DNA of 64,000 nt from Lama glama (lineage: Eukaryota). The translations under genes and the position numbers were made by a program. Below are positions 34,640-47,663 of the stretch, in pieces. The notes below the pieces were generated by a model, which was given only the letters and a program-made list of their open reading frames with translations, was not told where the DNA came from and did not search any database. Each line of letters starts with the position of its first letter. The stretch's first letter is position 1. The stretch is taken from assembly GCA_028534125.1 (NCBI GenBank), contig CM052816.1:4404001-4468000 (forward strand), read 5' to 3'.

Positions 34640-34830
34640 GGTAATCTGGGGAATGGGTAATACTTCTAATGGGTGCAAGGTTTCTTTTTGAGTGATGAAA
34701 GTTTTCAAAAATAATATTAGTATTATGGTCGCTCTATTCTGTCAACACTCCAGAAACCACTGAATTACATACTTTAAACGAATGGGTTTTATAGTATGTA
34801 AACTATATCACAAGAAACCTGTTACTAAAC
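34640..34830 (+). mobile_element. L1MB-like 3' terminal fragment nested in the opposite-strand L1
   Basis: 'ctaatgggtgcaaggtttctttttgagtgatgaaa...aaaccactgaattacatactttaaa...tatagtatgtaaactatatc'. Confidence 0.75.
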
Positions 34831-35614
34831 CAACCCAGTCATCCATAGGAGTGTGGGTTGGTCTCTTTCAGAGCTCTAGTCTCTCCCAACAATCTCCACA
34901 CATCTCTTCTCCACTACCACACTGTCCTGATTACTGACCCTTTATAGGGAGGAGGTCTTAAAGTCTGGTGGTATAATCTCAACTTTGTCTTTTTCAAAAC
35001 TGTTTCAGCTTTTCTAGTTCTTGGCCTTTCCATATAAATTTTAGAATCAGCTTGTCTATATCTGTTAAACCCCACTGGGATTTTCATTAGAGTTGCATTA
35101 AATCTATAGATGAACTTGTAAAAAACTGACATCTTTATGATGTTGAGTCCTTCAAAACATGAACATGGTCTGCCTATGTTTATTAAGATCTTTCACCTAC
35201 ATTTTTGGATCCTATACATGGTTTTTTATATTTATACATATGTATTCCATTTTAAAGTACTTGTAAATGGTATCACTTAAATTTCTTGATTTCAGGTTGT
35301 ACATGGCGAGTGTATAGAAATACAATTGATTTTTGTGGATTCACCTCATATTCCATAATCTCATTAAATTCGATTATTCTGAGCATTGTTTTTACAAATT
35401 CTTTGGGATTTTCTACCTAGACAAGCATGTTGTCTGCAAATAAGGAAAGTTTTATTTCTTTGACTTCCTTCTACTCTGACCGCTAAAACTTTCTTTTTGT
35501 GTATTATTTTCTCCTTCGGGTAAACTCTCTGCAATCAATTCTAGATAAAGATGAGGATGAAAGAAAATGAGAGTAATGGATACATTTTTAATTGCACTCA
35601 GTTTTATACCTTCT

Positions 35615-35642
35615 AGAGACATCTGAGACATCTGAGACATCT
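35615..35642. repeat. Short tandem repeat (gagacatct x3)
   Basis: gagacatctgagacatctgagacatct. Confidence 0.9.
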
Positions 35643-35919
35643 TTAATGCCATCAACTGCTGACCCAGATCAATTCACTGCACATTTATTCAGTTCCTAGT
35701 GTATACAGACATTTGATGTACAGAGAACTAAAACGAGATAAGAATGAAGTCCTTCATTGGAAGTTTACATGTAGTAGGGGAGACAGATAGCTATATAGAT
35801 CATTTCATTGCAATGTGAGAAGTTTTAATGACAGAGATAGACAAACGAGAATAAAGAAGAAGATATTTACTTTGGCCTGACCTGACATTAATAGGTGGGG
35901 TGACCAGATTACCCTTGTT

Positions 35920-37928
35920 CAAGCCCCTGCCACCTCCCACTTGAACAACAGCAGCAGCCTCCTAATTAATTTACTTATCTCTAATCTTGCCTTCCTATCT
36001 ATGATTTTAAAAAATCAGTTTCATTGACATATAATTCACATACCAGACAATTCATCCATTTAAAGAGTACAATTAAATGGCTTCATTATATTCACAGAGT
36101 GCTGCTCCATCACCTCCATCAATTTTAGAACATTTTCATTACGCAAAAAAGAAAACGCTCTCGTCATAAACGTAATCCCCTAAACTCCTAACCCTTCAGC
36201 CCTAGGCAACCATTAATCTACCTTCTGTCTCTATACGTTTGCCTATTTTGAACATGCCATATACATATAATCAAACAATAGGCAGTCTTTGTGATTGGTT
36301 TCTTTCACTGAATGTTTTCAATGTTCATACACGTTTTAGTATGTGTCAGCATTAAATTTATCTTTATTATCAAATAATAAATCATTGTATACATGTATCT
36401 CATTTTATGTATCCATTCATCAGATGATGGGCATTTGGGTTGAATCTACTTTTTGACTATTAAGAAAAATACTGTATAACATTTGTGTGGACATATGTTT
36501 TCATTTCTTGTGGACACATACCTAGAAGTGGGATTCCTGAAATACAGGGTAAGTCCACCTTTAACATTTGAGGAACTGCCAGACTCTCTTCCAAAGTGAC
36601 TGCACCAATTTACATGCTCAGCAGCAGTATATGAGGGCTCCAACTGCCCCACAACCTAGCCAACACTTGTTATTACCTAACTTCTTTTTATTATAACTAT
36701 TCTAGTGTTCTAGTGGGTGTGACATAGTATCTCACTATGGTTTGTGGTTGCCTTTCCTAGATGGCTGATGATGATGAGCGTCTTTTCAAGTACTTACTGG
36801 CCATTCTTGCATCTTCTTTGGAGAAATGTCTGTTCGAGCCTATTGCCCATTTTTAAATTGGGTTATTTGCCTTTATATTATAGAGTTGTAAGACTTCTTT
36901 ATATATTCTGGATACAAGTCCCTTATTAGATATATGATGTGCAAATATTTTCTCCCATTCTGTGGTGTGTCCACTCATTTCCTTGATTATGTCCTTCAAT
37001 GAACAAAAGTTTTTAATTTTGATGAAGCCAAATTGATCCAATTTGTCTTTTATTATACATGTTTTAGGTGTCATAATAAGAAAATCCAAGATCAGAATTT
37101 ACCCATCTGTTTTCTTCTAAGTGTTTTATACTTTTAGCTCTAATATTTAGGCTTTGAGCCATTTGAGTTTATTTTTGTTTATGATATAGACAGGGATCTA
37201 ATTTCATTTTTTTATATGGCTAGTCAGTTGTCCCAGTACCATTTGTTGAAAAGACTCTTCATTCCCCGATTTGAGTGTCCTGGCATCCTTGCTAAAGATT
37301 GACTACAAATACAAGGATTATTTCTGGACCTTCAATTCCATTCCATTGATCACTATGGCTACAACAATCTATTATTCACTCTACAGAGTACTTTTAAGAA
37401 TATAAAAAAAAAAAAATAGATCACTCCATCCCCATGCTTAATGTCCTGAGGACTTACCACTGCACCTAGAAGGAAATCCAAGTCCCGTAAGTTCCAAGAT
37501 GATTTGGGCCCTGTCAAACTCTATCCTCATTTCTGCCCCTCCTCCCCAACTTTGTGAGATATAGGCACAAAGATCTCCTTTCTTTTCTTTAGGACCCTTA
37601 AACTAGCCTTTCCCTTGGCCCACAATGTTTCTTTCCTCAGTTCTGTTCATGAACATCCCTTCCCAGCATTCAGGCTTCAGCTCAAATGCCACTTCAGAGA
37701 AGCATCTGACATATCCTATCCTTCATAGATATGATCACAGTCAGGAACTATTTTAATTACTCACTTGTTGGTTTGCGAATTATTGTCTGTCTCCCCTATA
37801 GAATGCAAATCCCATAAGAGCAAGGGCTTTGTCAAGCTCTCTACCAGAGTCTTTTATATAGTACTACTCAGTAAATATCTATTAAACTGTATAAATAACT
37901 GAATGAATGAACAAATGAATGAATAAGT
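35920..37928 (+). mobile_element. LINE-2 3' region (split by the L1 at 36008-37350)
   Basis: 'gcagcctcctaatt' resumes at ~37360 and ends in 'actcagtaaatatctatt...gaatgaatgaacaaatgaatgaat'. Confidence 0.8.
36008..37350 (-). mobile_element. L1MB-like 3' region inserted into an L2
   Basis: ORF 36853-37089(-) 'IKIKNFCSLKDIIKEM...TEWEKIFAHHISNKGLVSRIYKE' is the L1 ORF2 C-terminal region; 3' end 'ttcattgacatataattcacatacc'. Confidence 0.9.
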
Positions 37929-38609
37929 CAAAGAAGTTGTCCTGGAAGAGGTGGCACTGGAGATGAGTCTAAAGAAAACCTGAACAAGACTCACTGTTAC
38001 TTCTGTATTAATTGTACCTTGAATGGAACCATTTTACAAGTCCTGCAAGGACAAGGTCTCCAGCTGATCAAAGGCAACATCAGTAGATCAGTGAATGTAC
38101 ACCTCATCAAATAATGTGTTTGGAAACATACATTACTAAATTGGAGACCTGTAGCCAAGTGCAGCCTCTTTAATTATTGAAATAGAATAATAAAGAGTCA
38201 TTTCTCCTTTGCCTGCTTGTCAGACTCTGTTCTGAGTTCTCCATCTCTCTGGTTGTAGTTTTTCAGCTGCATATTTGTGATCAAGTCAAACAGTTTCTGG
38301 GCTAAATTGTGCTGCCAACTTCGAGGCATTCCTTGCTACCACGACCAGCTGTCACATGAAGAAAATGCAGCCCACTTCCAACTGGCACACAACAGCACTT
38401 AACAGCTAGACTGGGTAATACTCCCACATTGGCAGCTGGACTCTGGTAGAGTTTTATAATACTGTTTTTTTTTTTTTTTTAACCTCACTTGCCCCATTCT
38501 TACTGGGAAACAGCTCGGCATTTACCCTCTTGCCTGAGTTGCTCTCAGGAATTCCATCCTATGTGTTTATGTTCCTTGTCGGCATTCACCATTAATAGGA
38601 ACACAGCAG

Positions 38610-39380
38610 CAGCAATAGTGTGGCAGGGAATGGAATTTGGAGTCATATGGACTTGGATAGAAATCACAATGCTGCTTCTCACCATAAGAGTGACCTTCGG
38701 CAAAGAACTTAACCCCTCTCAAGTTCAGATTCCTTATTTACGAAAGAAAGAATATACCTCCTATCTAACCGAGTGGAGGGAAAAATTACTCATCCATTCG
38801 TTCAACAAATTCTTATAGAATGACTGTTATAAAAATAATGGTAGCCATGTTCTGAGAACACACCATGGGCCAGGCATTGCTCTGTTATCTTCCAGACACT
38901 CTAAGACCCAGATCCTACTAGGATCATGTCCATTTTACAGGTGAGAAAACAGAGTCCCAGAGACAGGAAAGAACTGCCCAAAGTCACATGGCCAGTAAGT
39001 GGCAGAAACAGAATTTAAACCTGAATCCAATCTTTCTTCTTAAAGACTACTTTCCATGAGGGCCAGGATTTCTGTGTGTTTTATACACTGCTAAATGCCT
39101 GGCACTGGGCATTAGCATCTAGTGCCTCTTTGACGGGTTGCTCTAGCAGAGAGACGTTACTCCTTAAATAAATCTATGTCGAAGTAATTCACAGACATTA
39201 TCCACTGCCACATGCCAGCCACTCTGCTAGACACCAATACCACAACATGCAGCAAAGGCTTTGTCTCTGCCCCAATTAGCTTATGGTCTGATGGGGATTA
39301 AATGAGATCGTGTTTGTAAAGCACCTAGCACAGTGCCTAATGCATAATAAATATGAAAAATATATATACTGCTATAATTT
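38610..39380. mobile_element. MIR/L2 nested cluster
   Basis: MIR cores 'cattttacaggtgagaaaacagagtcccagaga' and 'ggattaaatgagatcgtgtttgtaaagcacctagcacagtgcc'; L2 tail 'catccattcgttcaacaaat'. Confidence 0.75.
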
Positions 39381-40850
39381 TATAGGACATTATTCTTTTT
39401 TTTAACCCAACTCATACTCGAAATACCTGTATTATCAATCCACAATGAGAGAATAACTGTGAGATAATTCAAAATATTAGCACACTCATCTTGAGGAGTT
39501 GGTATTGTTTCAGTCCATTCAAAGGTGTTCACTCAACACACACTCTGGGTTAAAAAATACCAGGTCGATAAAATCCACGGAAATCTGCCAGAGAACCTGG
39601 CCTCATTCAGCTGGCCACATGCTTCCATGATTCCTTTAGCTCCAGTTGAAGGAAAGGTTCAATCCAGCATCCAGTAACCTGGCCCTCCTCACATGTAGCA
39701 CCTTTTGGGAAACCTGAAAGCAGATGTGACCTGCTTGCAGTCATTTCCTTCTCACACAGGGAGGTGAGATAGCAGCCAGGGAGGTGGGCAGAAGATGAAG
39801 GGTTGGGTGGCAGGGAGCAGAAACAGCTCAGAATGCAAAGAGGGTGGGCTGGGCTCAAAAGTAGCATGGTTTGTTTTTGGCATTTCTCCATCTCCTTTTC
39901 CACGCTGTCGAGCACCCAACGGCTGACCTGGAGAAGCGGGCTTGAACTTGCCACGTGGGACTGTCAAGAAGAGAAGCAGGAGCTTCCACAGACAAACAAA
40001 ACTCTCCAATGACCAGAAATAAATCCAAGCGAGGCAGTGAGCAACTTTTTGCAGGGACTGTAGTACCCTGTGGCTACCGGGACTCAGGGTCTTTCTAGAA
40101 GTGAGATTCTATTATTCTTTCTCTCTCTCAGATTTTTTTTCTCAAGAAACGAATGTTTTCGTGACTTTCTCCATCTTATTATCTCTAGAAGGGTTGGTAG
40201 TTCACCAGGGTATCACCTCTTTCTTTTGGGCTCCCATTACAGAATTTTCAAAATAACACAAGCCGTGTTGAACTACCGTGCGTGGCCTCTCTTTTTAGGA
40301 TAACGTTTGAGTTTTAACAAGGTTTCCCAGCTATGGAGAAGCACAAAACGCTTTTCTTTACTGGAGAGGGAAGCAGAACATCAAGAAAAGGGTTTGGAGA
40401 GCCAGAGGGATGCTCAGTTACTTCACGTTGCTGCAGGCCAGTACTGCACAGAGGTAGGGAATAAACAGGCTCCTAGCTGTTGACTTGAAAAAGAGAATGG
40501 TAAGGAGAAAAATCTGAAGTTCTTTCTTACAGTTGGTCAGACTGTCTTCTGCCGAACTAGTTTTTGTGGGCTTCTTAATTTTGCTTTTGTATTTTCTGAT
40601 CCTGATCCTGAAAACCAGACTTCATGCCAAATTAAGTAATAAAATATTAGTACATTTAAATATGTGACAAATTTTACAATTATTCTTTGAGATAATTACT
40701 ACTATGATTACTGTTACTCTCCCACCTTAAAGATCACTAAAGCTCAGAGAGGTTAAGTAACTTGCCCCAACTCTGTTGATCAGTTGAAGGAAGAACTAAA
40801 ATCCAAGCAGTCTGGTGTTTTCCCCCAAAGCTTCACCTGCTAACACATGC

Positions 40851-41471
40851 TGTGGTAAGCAGAATTCTAAGCTGGCCCCCAGGATTCCAAACCCCTGGTG
40901 TTCATGTATATTCTTCCGGTTATTGACCCAAATGCTAATCTAGGTACCGCTACAAAAGGATTTGGAAGGGGTAATTAAGTTCCCAAAGTAGTGGACATTT
41001 CCCGAGGGGATTATCCAGGTGGGCCAGACCTAATCAGAGAGCCCTTTAAAAGCAGAGTTTTCTGCAGCTGGTCACAGAAGAGGACACTCACACCCTCAGG
41101 CTCATCTGGAAGAAAGCGAACATCCGCGTTGAGATCTGCCTATGGGGTCACGTGGGAAAGAACCGCGGGCAGCCTCTGGAGCTAAGAGTGGTCCCTGGTT
41201 GACAACCAGCAAGAAAGCAGGGACCTCAGCCCTAGAATCACAGCAACGGAATTGTGCCAACAACCTAAGTGAGCTTGAACAAAAACCCTATATTCCAGAT
41301 GAGAATTCACCTCAGCTCACCTCCTACCCCCTTTCAGCCTTGTGTCCCTGAGCAGGTAATCCAAATAAACCAACCTCAGGCTTCTGACCTGCAGAAACCG
41401 GGAGGTAACACGTGATCTTGTTTTAAGATCTTAAATATGTGGTACCTTGTGCAGCAACAGAAACAAATTCA
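40851..41471 (+). mobile_element. MaLR solo LTR (MLT1E-like), next to a MIR at ~40700-40850
   Basis: 'tgtggtaagcagaattctaagctggccccca...gattatccaggtgggccagacctaatca..gagccctttaaaagcagag...cttctgacctgcagaaac...gcagcaacagaaacaaattca'. Confidence 0.85.
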
Positions 41472-41499
41472 ATGTTCATTGTACAGACGTAGGGCATCC

Positions 41500-42420
41500 C
41501 AAAGAGTTCAACGGAAGAAAGTAAATATCACCCAATGTCTCACCGCTCAGCAGTGGCAGACATTTTCACATTTTTGGCATATTTGTTTTGTAGTGTTTAC
41601 AAATACATGTTTTGTAAACATTTGTAAAAATTGGGAACAAACTGTTAATATTTTGTTTCTCTCTGTTTTGCTCATCAGCATTCTGACAAGAGTTTTTCCA
41701 CGTCATCAAATATCCTTTATACATTTAACTTTTACCAATTGCTACATGCTATGCATGTATACAAATGTATTCAGCCACACCCTTTGGGAGGCATTTAGAT
41801 TGTTTTCATATTACTTTTATAATCAACCTCATTTTGAGAATTATTCTTTTCATAAACCTTTGAGTTCATCGCTTTTGTCTTTAGAACAGCTCTGTAGAAG
41901 TGCTACTGATGAACCAAAAATCTTCGGAGTTCTTTTAGTGTCTTGACACAGATTGTCAATTTGCTTTCAGAAGTGGTGCAGAAATACTGTTCCTACTGGC
42001 AGTGCACCTCACCACGCTTTCACCCCAATGCATATTATTGCTTCCAACAAATCTCAGTAAATCTGATAGGTAAAATGGGACATCTCTTTAACTCTTTTCA
42101 TTTATTCATACTTCTATTAGTCATTTGTACCTTTGGTGAATTATTCGTTCATATTCTCTACCCATTAGTATTTTTTTTTAGCTGATTGGTAAGACTTCTT
42201 CTCATGATTAGAATGTTAACCAAATTATTTCTCACAAATATTGTCCTCAAACTGTCATTTCTATTTTGCTTTAGATTATTTATGACCTACAGCAGCTTTT
42301 GTTCACCTGTATACAAACTATCACCTCTTCCCTCTGTGAATTTTTCCATTGCTTTTAAAAACAGCTTGCTCACCACAGTATTTAATAGTGACATCATTTT
42401 CTTCTGTACTGAAACTGTTT
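41500..42420 (-). mobile_element. Ancient L1ME-type fragment
   Basis: T-rich; 'ggcatttagattgttttca','gtgaattattcgttcatattctctacccatt'. Confidence 0.6.
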
Positions 42421-43106
42421 TCCTTTTTTATTTTTCATGGAACTGTAGTCCATCCAGGTTGGGGAAGGCCTCTCACCTGGTGATGAGGCAGCTGTCCAAT
42501 GACAGGAGGGAGAATGACCGTCCTGAAGGCAAGAACTACACTTTACTCAGGTTTCCTCCAAGGCCCCAGTACAGACACACATGCACCTAACACCCGGTAG
42601 CCATGAAAATGTCTCTTGAATTGAAGTCAACTGAACAGATTCAAACTGAATCTCAGAAACACCAATGAGTCATAGACAGATGATCCCAGGATCCTAATAT
42701 TGATAAACATACTTGGATCTAATCTTGTGTCCACAGTAAGCTCACTGGGTGGCAATGGAAGGAAAAGGCTTTCATAAAAGCATTTATTTCAGCTCTCCCA
42801 ACTCAGTGGCAGATGCTTCTGGTTCCAGACCTCTTCCCTCCTGCCAAATTTGTCAAATGAAACTGCAGACGTGAGGGTCTGTTGCCATTTCAGGATCAAA
42901 AGGCACACTTCCACCTGCTGTCATATGTCTAATCCTAAACAGGCACCAGGTGATTGGATACGACAGACATCACATCCAACGCAGAAATCATTTCCAATCA
43001 CCTGAGAAACCTCCTCTCCCCTTCACCTCATGTTCAAACTAGATAGAACCTAGGGCTTCACTCAGGCAGAATCTCTGCTGTAATGTCTTTTTTCAGGTCC
43101 CATGTA

Positions 43107-43280
43107 TTTTTTTCTTTTTTTTTAATTGAAGTACAGTCAGTTACAATGTGTCAATTTCTGGTGTACAGCACAATGTCCCAGTCATGTATATACATACATA
43201 TATTCATTTTCATATTCTTTTTCATTAAAGGTTAGTAAAAGATATTGAATATAGCTCTTTGTGCTATATAGAAGAAATTT
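43107..43280 (-). mobile_element. Camelid-type L1 3' terminal fragment
   Basis: Poly-T, then 'attgaagtacagtcagttacaatgtgtcaatttctggtgtacagcacaatgtcccagtcatg...aagatattgaatatag'. Confidence 0.85.
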
Positions 43281-43627
43281 CTAACCAAGTGTATGTAGAT
43301 CACTAATGATAAAGTACAAGAAAATACCTTTAAAATGGGAAAGCTATTGAAAACCTATTAGCCACTGGCCCCTTGGTAGTTCTTTTGTAATTTATTGGTC
43401 TAATTCAGACCATGTAACTTCCTGAAAGCCATTGTTTTCAGATAATATCAATTGAGACGGGTCCTATGATGGGAGACAGGCTGTATACAGAATATACACA
43501 TTTTTAGGTAAAAGACATCACCTCTGCATGGGAGAAAATAATTGAGCTGCACTCTTTCCCTTGATGGAGTAATTCGTACCCCTATTTCCAAGCATCTCAT
43601 AGATGTTCGTGATGCTTCCTTCATGAA

Positions 43628-44171
43628 AGTACTATCTTAAGTCAATAGCCGTGTTATGACCCCAAACCCAGTGGTGTTAAACAACCATTTTATTATTTTC
43701 ATGAATGCTGTGGGCTGGGAATTCAGGCAGGGCACAGAGAAACTGGTCTCTGCCTGGAAATCCAGCTAAGAAGACTTGAACGGCTAAGGGTGACTCAAAT
43801 CCTGGGGCCTGAAGTCCCCAGGAGGCTTCCTCACTCACATGCCTTGCACCTGGGCTAGAATGACATCAAGGGCACAGGCTCGCTCGGCATCTCACTGTAA
43901 GCACATAGAGTCTCAGGATGCGTTGTGTGGCCTCTCATTGTGCCCTCTCCAGCACTCCTCACACAGTAGCTCAGAACTCCGGCAGCAAATGTCAGTGAAC
44001 AAGAGAAAAGGTAAGTCGCTATTTCTGACCCAGGCTCAAAAGTCACACAGCATTACTTCTAGAACATTCTACAGGTCAAAACTTCACCAGATTCAATGGG
44101 TGGGGACCTAGATCCCATCTGTGGATGGGAGGCATGTCAAAGAGCTTGTGGATGTGTTTAAAAGCTATTGC
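43628..44171 (-). mobile_element. MaLR solo LTR (MLT1E/F-like)
   Basis: 'ccccaaacccagtggtgttaaacaaccattttatta...ggaattcaggcagggcacag...gaggcttcctcactcacatgcc...gatgggaggcatgtcaaagagcttgtgga'. Confidence 0.8.
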
Positions 44172-44209
44172 AGAAGCAGCCTTTGAGCCAAGGATTCACG
44201 TGCATGTAT

Positions 44210-44611
44210 GTAGTTCCCTTGAGCAGAGGTTTCCAGAAGCATCAGTGGAAGAGCAAAGGGAGACACAAAGCAAGCAAAGTCCATTTAGAGGGACTTTACC
44301 AGCAAGTTAATGCAGTGGACAACTAGGGCTCAATCTCAATGGTAAACATGTGATGCAGGGCAGAGTACGCCTCATCATTACCCCAACTGAGAGGCAAGGT
44401 TACTATTTATCTCCCAACTCCTCACAGTCATGGGTTGAGTGTTACCTGTTGAGGAGGTGGTGGTAACTCCCTGACACTTTCAGAGGGTTCCCCCTGCCCG
44501 AGAAAGTTCTCAGGAAGAGGTAGGTGCTGGAAGTTGGAAGTGGTGGGGTCGGCATGCCCAGGAATGTCAAGAGCTGAGCAGGCAAGGCGGGGCATGAACA
44601 GGGTCTGCCAT
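44210..44611 (-). mobile_element. ERVL LTR16C-like solo LTR
   Basis: 'gtggacaactagggctcaatc','tatttatctcccaactcc..cagtcatgggttgag','gggcatgaacagggtctgcca'. Confidence 0.6.
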
Positions 44612-44689
44612 GGGACTCTCATCATACTTTAATGATAGTACTTTAATCACACCCATCTAGACATGGGATTTGGATGAGTTCATGGAGTT

Positions 44690-45560
44690 CCTCCCCTAAA
44701 CTGTGACTTCTCTGAGGGTAGGAACTGTATCGTTTTCATCTGTGTATCTTTAGCACTGAGAATGAAACCTTGCACAGAGGAGACCCCCCAAATTTTGAAT
44801 GACAAAATAAAATAAAGAACGTGTCCATGTCTTTAGTTCAAATCCCTGTCCCAAGAAATTCCCCAGAATTTCTTATTATCTAATTCTTTTCCACGTAGGG
44901 CACCTGTAAGTTTGGGTACATATAGTTTACCTCTGTCTTTTTCATCCCATGCTGTAAGATCTTAAGTCTGCTTCTCTTCCTGTGTTTACTCTCAATAAAT
45001 GACTCTATCATCTCTTCAGTCCCCAAGGTGGAAACTCTTGATTCACCTTTTACCTCTTTTTCCCCCAAAACCAACTACATGCATGTTTTTGGAAGGTCAC
45101 TTTATTTCCCCTTTTCCCACTTCTCTCTGTTACAGTTTCTAGATCAAATGCTCATCATCTCTTGCTAGGCCACTGCCGGAACTACCCTACTGATCTTATC
45201 ACTTGTTACTTACTGCTGAAAATTCAGTGTAGTAAGACTTAAACTCTTCAGTGAAACCCTTCAGTTATTCCAGTATCCGACGAAAATAAATGCTCTTAGC
45301 TTTCAATTCTCAGCCAATACAAAATAAGACAACTAGGGTTTCAAATTTATCGCCCATCCCATCTATAAAACCTGTCTTCATGATCTAAAACATTTCACAA
45401 GGCCTCAAAAGCCCCAGACTCGCCCTCTTTGTTGGGGTCTTCTTATGCTGTTCTCTCTTCCCAGAATACCCGTCTACATCGGCCACCATCTGACAAAGGA
45501 ACAACCACCCTTCAGGGTCCAGTAGATGCCACTTTCTCTGTTAGAACCACCACCACCATG
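44690..45560 (+). mobile_element. LINE-2 fragments
   Basis: 'ctgtgacttctctgagggtaggaactgtatc..tttcatctgtgtatc'; 'ttcctgtgtttactctcaataaatgactctatcatc'. Confidence 0.6.
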
Positions 45561-45739
45561 GACCCTAGTTAACTAACCACCACAGCCCTAATTAAAACCA
45601 CCATAGCTCCTCAATTCTAAGACGTCATGAATTACATGATGCCTCATTGACTTACTACCATATTCTGACAGAAATTAAAGAAATGAAATGGCCTGTGTAT
45701 GTGAATTGTGAACAAAATGCACCTTCGAACGTTGGAAAT

Positions 45740-46261
45740 TGCAGAGCTTCAGAGCATGTCATCCTAAAATCTGCCACCTTGGCACATGGATCATTTTGAG
45801 TTAAAGGCACTTGAGAAATAGCAGACACAAGACAGGCATTCTGACTGTCTTTTTTCTCCCTAAAAGCAGGAGATAAAACTCCCAGGTGAAAGGTGCCCTC
45901 TCTGTACCAGAAGTAAGGAAGGTATTCAAGTCACTGGAGACCAGAAGTGGAAGCCAGGAGAGATCTGTACAAACACATTGTTAAGCAAACCATTTCTCTC
46001 CAGGTATTTTTCTATAATTAACTGCTCTAGGCCAAACCCCTTTGTTTTGTCACGTTTCCAAAATTTACTACTCTTTGTCCAATCTAGTATGTAAGCTTTG
46101 GACCCTACCTGCTTCTCTGAATTTTCATTTTTCTTCTGAAAACCCCCGTGTATATGGAAAATTTATTAAATAAAATATGTATGCTTTTCTCTCGTTTATC
46201 TCTTATGTCAGTCCCAGCTGGAGGCCCTGAGAGTAGAGGAGAAATCTTACATCCCAGAATA
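45740..46261 (+). mobile_element. ERV1 solo LTR (MER34-like)
   Basis: 'tcagagcatgtcatcctaaaatctgccaccttggcacatggatcattttgagttaaaggcacttgagaaatagcagac'; AATAAA at ~46169. Confidence 0.8.
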
Positions 46262-46624
46262 CTTTTATGGCCAAGCATACATCTCACTGGAGGTCCTCTG
46301 TATGCTCTGAGAAGGCCAGACATCATAAAATTTCTTGAAATGTCTCTCTAGATTTTCACCATCACAGAATGTTCTGGGTCAACTGTAAACATTTATACCC
46401 AATCACATCCCTCAACTTACCAAGGACAAAGAAGGATGGTGGGTTAGGACATGAAACTAGACTACAGCTGGGATTCAGGTCAGCCTGATGAATAGGGATT
46501 TTCTGGAAGAGGCCAGCCTGAGAGAAGGGACAATGAAGGCCTGGATGGAAAAGAATCCTGCAGAAGCATCAGGAAGAGTGATTGCTTTATATTCTTTGAT
46601 GACATGGTCAGTCAGATGCTGCTA

Positions 46625-47124
46625 CAAGTGGAAGAGAAACTCAAGTGAAAACTAAGCTTTATTAAACTCATAAGTCCTAAATATACGAATAATGGCACAC
46701 TACCCAGGGCCACATGGGAGAGACACCAGAGTGGTCAGGAGGCAGAAGATGGGAGCAAGAACACTCAGGCTGCAGCCCTTCTTGGGGTTTCCTTGGGAAA
46801 GACAAGGCAGGGCAGGATTAGGATTGGCTACGTTGAATAATTCCAGCTGACTTTAGGCTATAGGATTGATCCTTAGTTGCCTATTACCTGGTCCCAGGAT
46901 GATTAAGGCAGAGGACTATTACTCCAGGGGTATAAGGGCCAGATAGGGGAGGGATGGCTCTGGATTGGTTAGTTCGTATGTCAAAGGCATAATCCTGACT
47001 GGGCCCTTTGCTGTCTCTAAGAATTGGCTACCTCAGGGAGGGGCAGTTTCTCCCTGACTAGAAAGGTATTTTAAGATGTCAAAACATCATGATATACAGA
47101 AAATCAAAATATATGTACAATACA
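46625..47124 (-). mobile_element. ERVL solo LTR (MER73/MER74-like)
   Basis: Minus strand begins 'tgtattgtacatatattttgattttctgtatatcatgatgttttgacatctt' and contains 'aactgcccctccctgaggtagccaattcttagaga'. Confidence 0.75.
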
Positions 47125-47348
47125 GTGATCCAGCCTGAACAGGTCCTCCATTTGAGAGTCTAGCTCTCAACAAACCTCAACTCACTCTTTGCTCCACTAC
47201 TCACCTGTGACTTCTTAAAGGGCAAGAGCTATAGTAGATCACTAGCAATTCAACAATGATGCTATTGGAACTCCCTCTGAAGGCATGGTCATAAGAAAGG
47301 GTAAAGACTTTCCTATTAGCTGAAAAAGGACAAAAGCAGGTGCAGTCA

Positions 47349-47533
47349 CCCAGACATAGAAAACAAACTTACGGTTACCAAAGGGAAAGGGAGGAGGGAG
47401 GGATAAATTAGGAGTTTGGGATTAGCAGATACACACTACTATATGCAAAACAGATAAACAACAAAGTCCTACTGTGTAGCACAGGGAACTATGTTGAGTA
47501 CCTTGTGATAACCTATAATGAGAAAGAATATAA

Positions 47534-47573
<40 letters not shown>

Positions 47574-47663
47574 ATCTGAATCACTATGCTGTGCACCAGA
47601 TACTAACACAGTAGTGTAAATCAACTATACTTCAATAAAGTAAATAAATAAAGAAATAATTTT
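47349..47663 (+). mobile_element. Cetartiodactyl L1 3' end with internal (TG)n
   Basis: 'gggataaattaggagtttgggattagcagatac...aatcaactatacttcaataaa'; TSD aaaagcaggtgcagtca (47332-47348) / aaaagtggatgcagtca (47664-47680). Confidence 0.92.
47539..47570. repeat. (TG)16 microsatellite
   Basis: Perfect tg run inside the L1 3'UTR. Confidence 0.95.

Larger units (their letters stand above)
33250..35480 (-). mobile_element. Old L1 (L1MC/L1MD-like) 3' region with nested insertions
   Basis: ORF 34914-35132(-) 'KFIYRFNATLMKIPVGF' is L1 ORF2; 'ttccaacaccatttgttgaaagg' and the L1 3'UTR are antisense. Confidence 0.85.

Noticed and set aside
41437..42590. Three consecutive plus-strand ORFs (169, 80 and 134 aa) resembling an operon or membrane proteins
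   Set aside because: Phe/Leu/Ile-rich translations of T-rich antisense ancient L1. No splice structure or recognisable homology.
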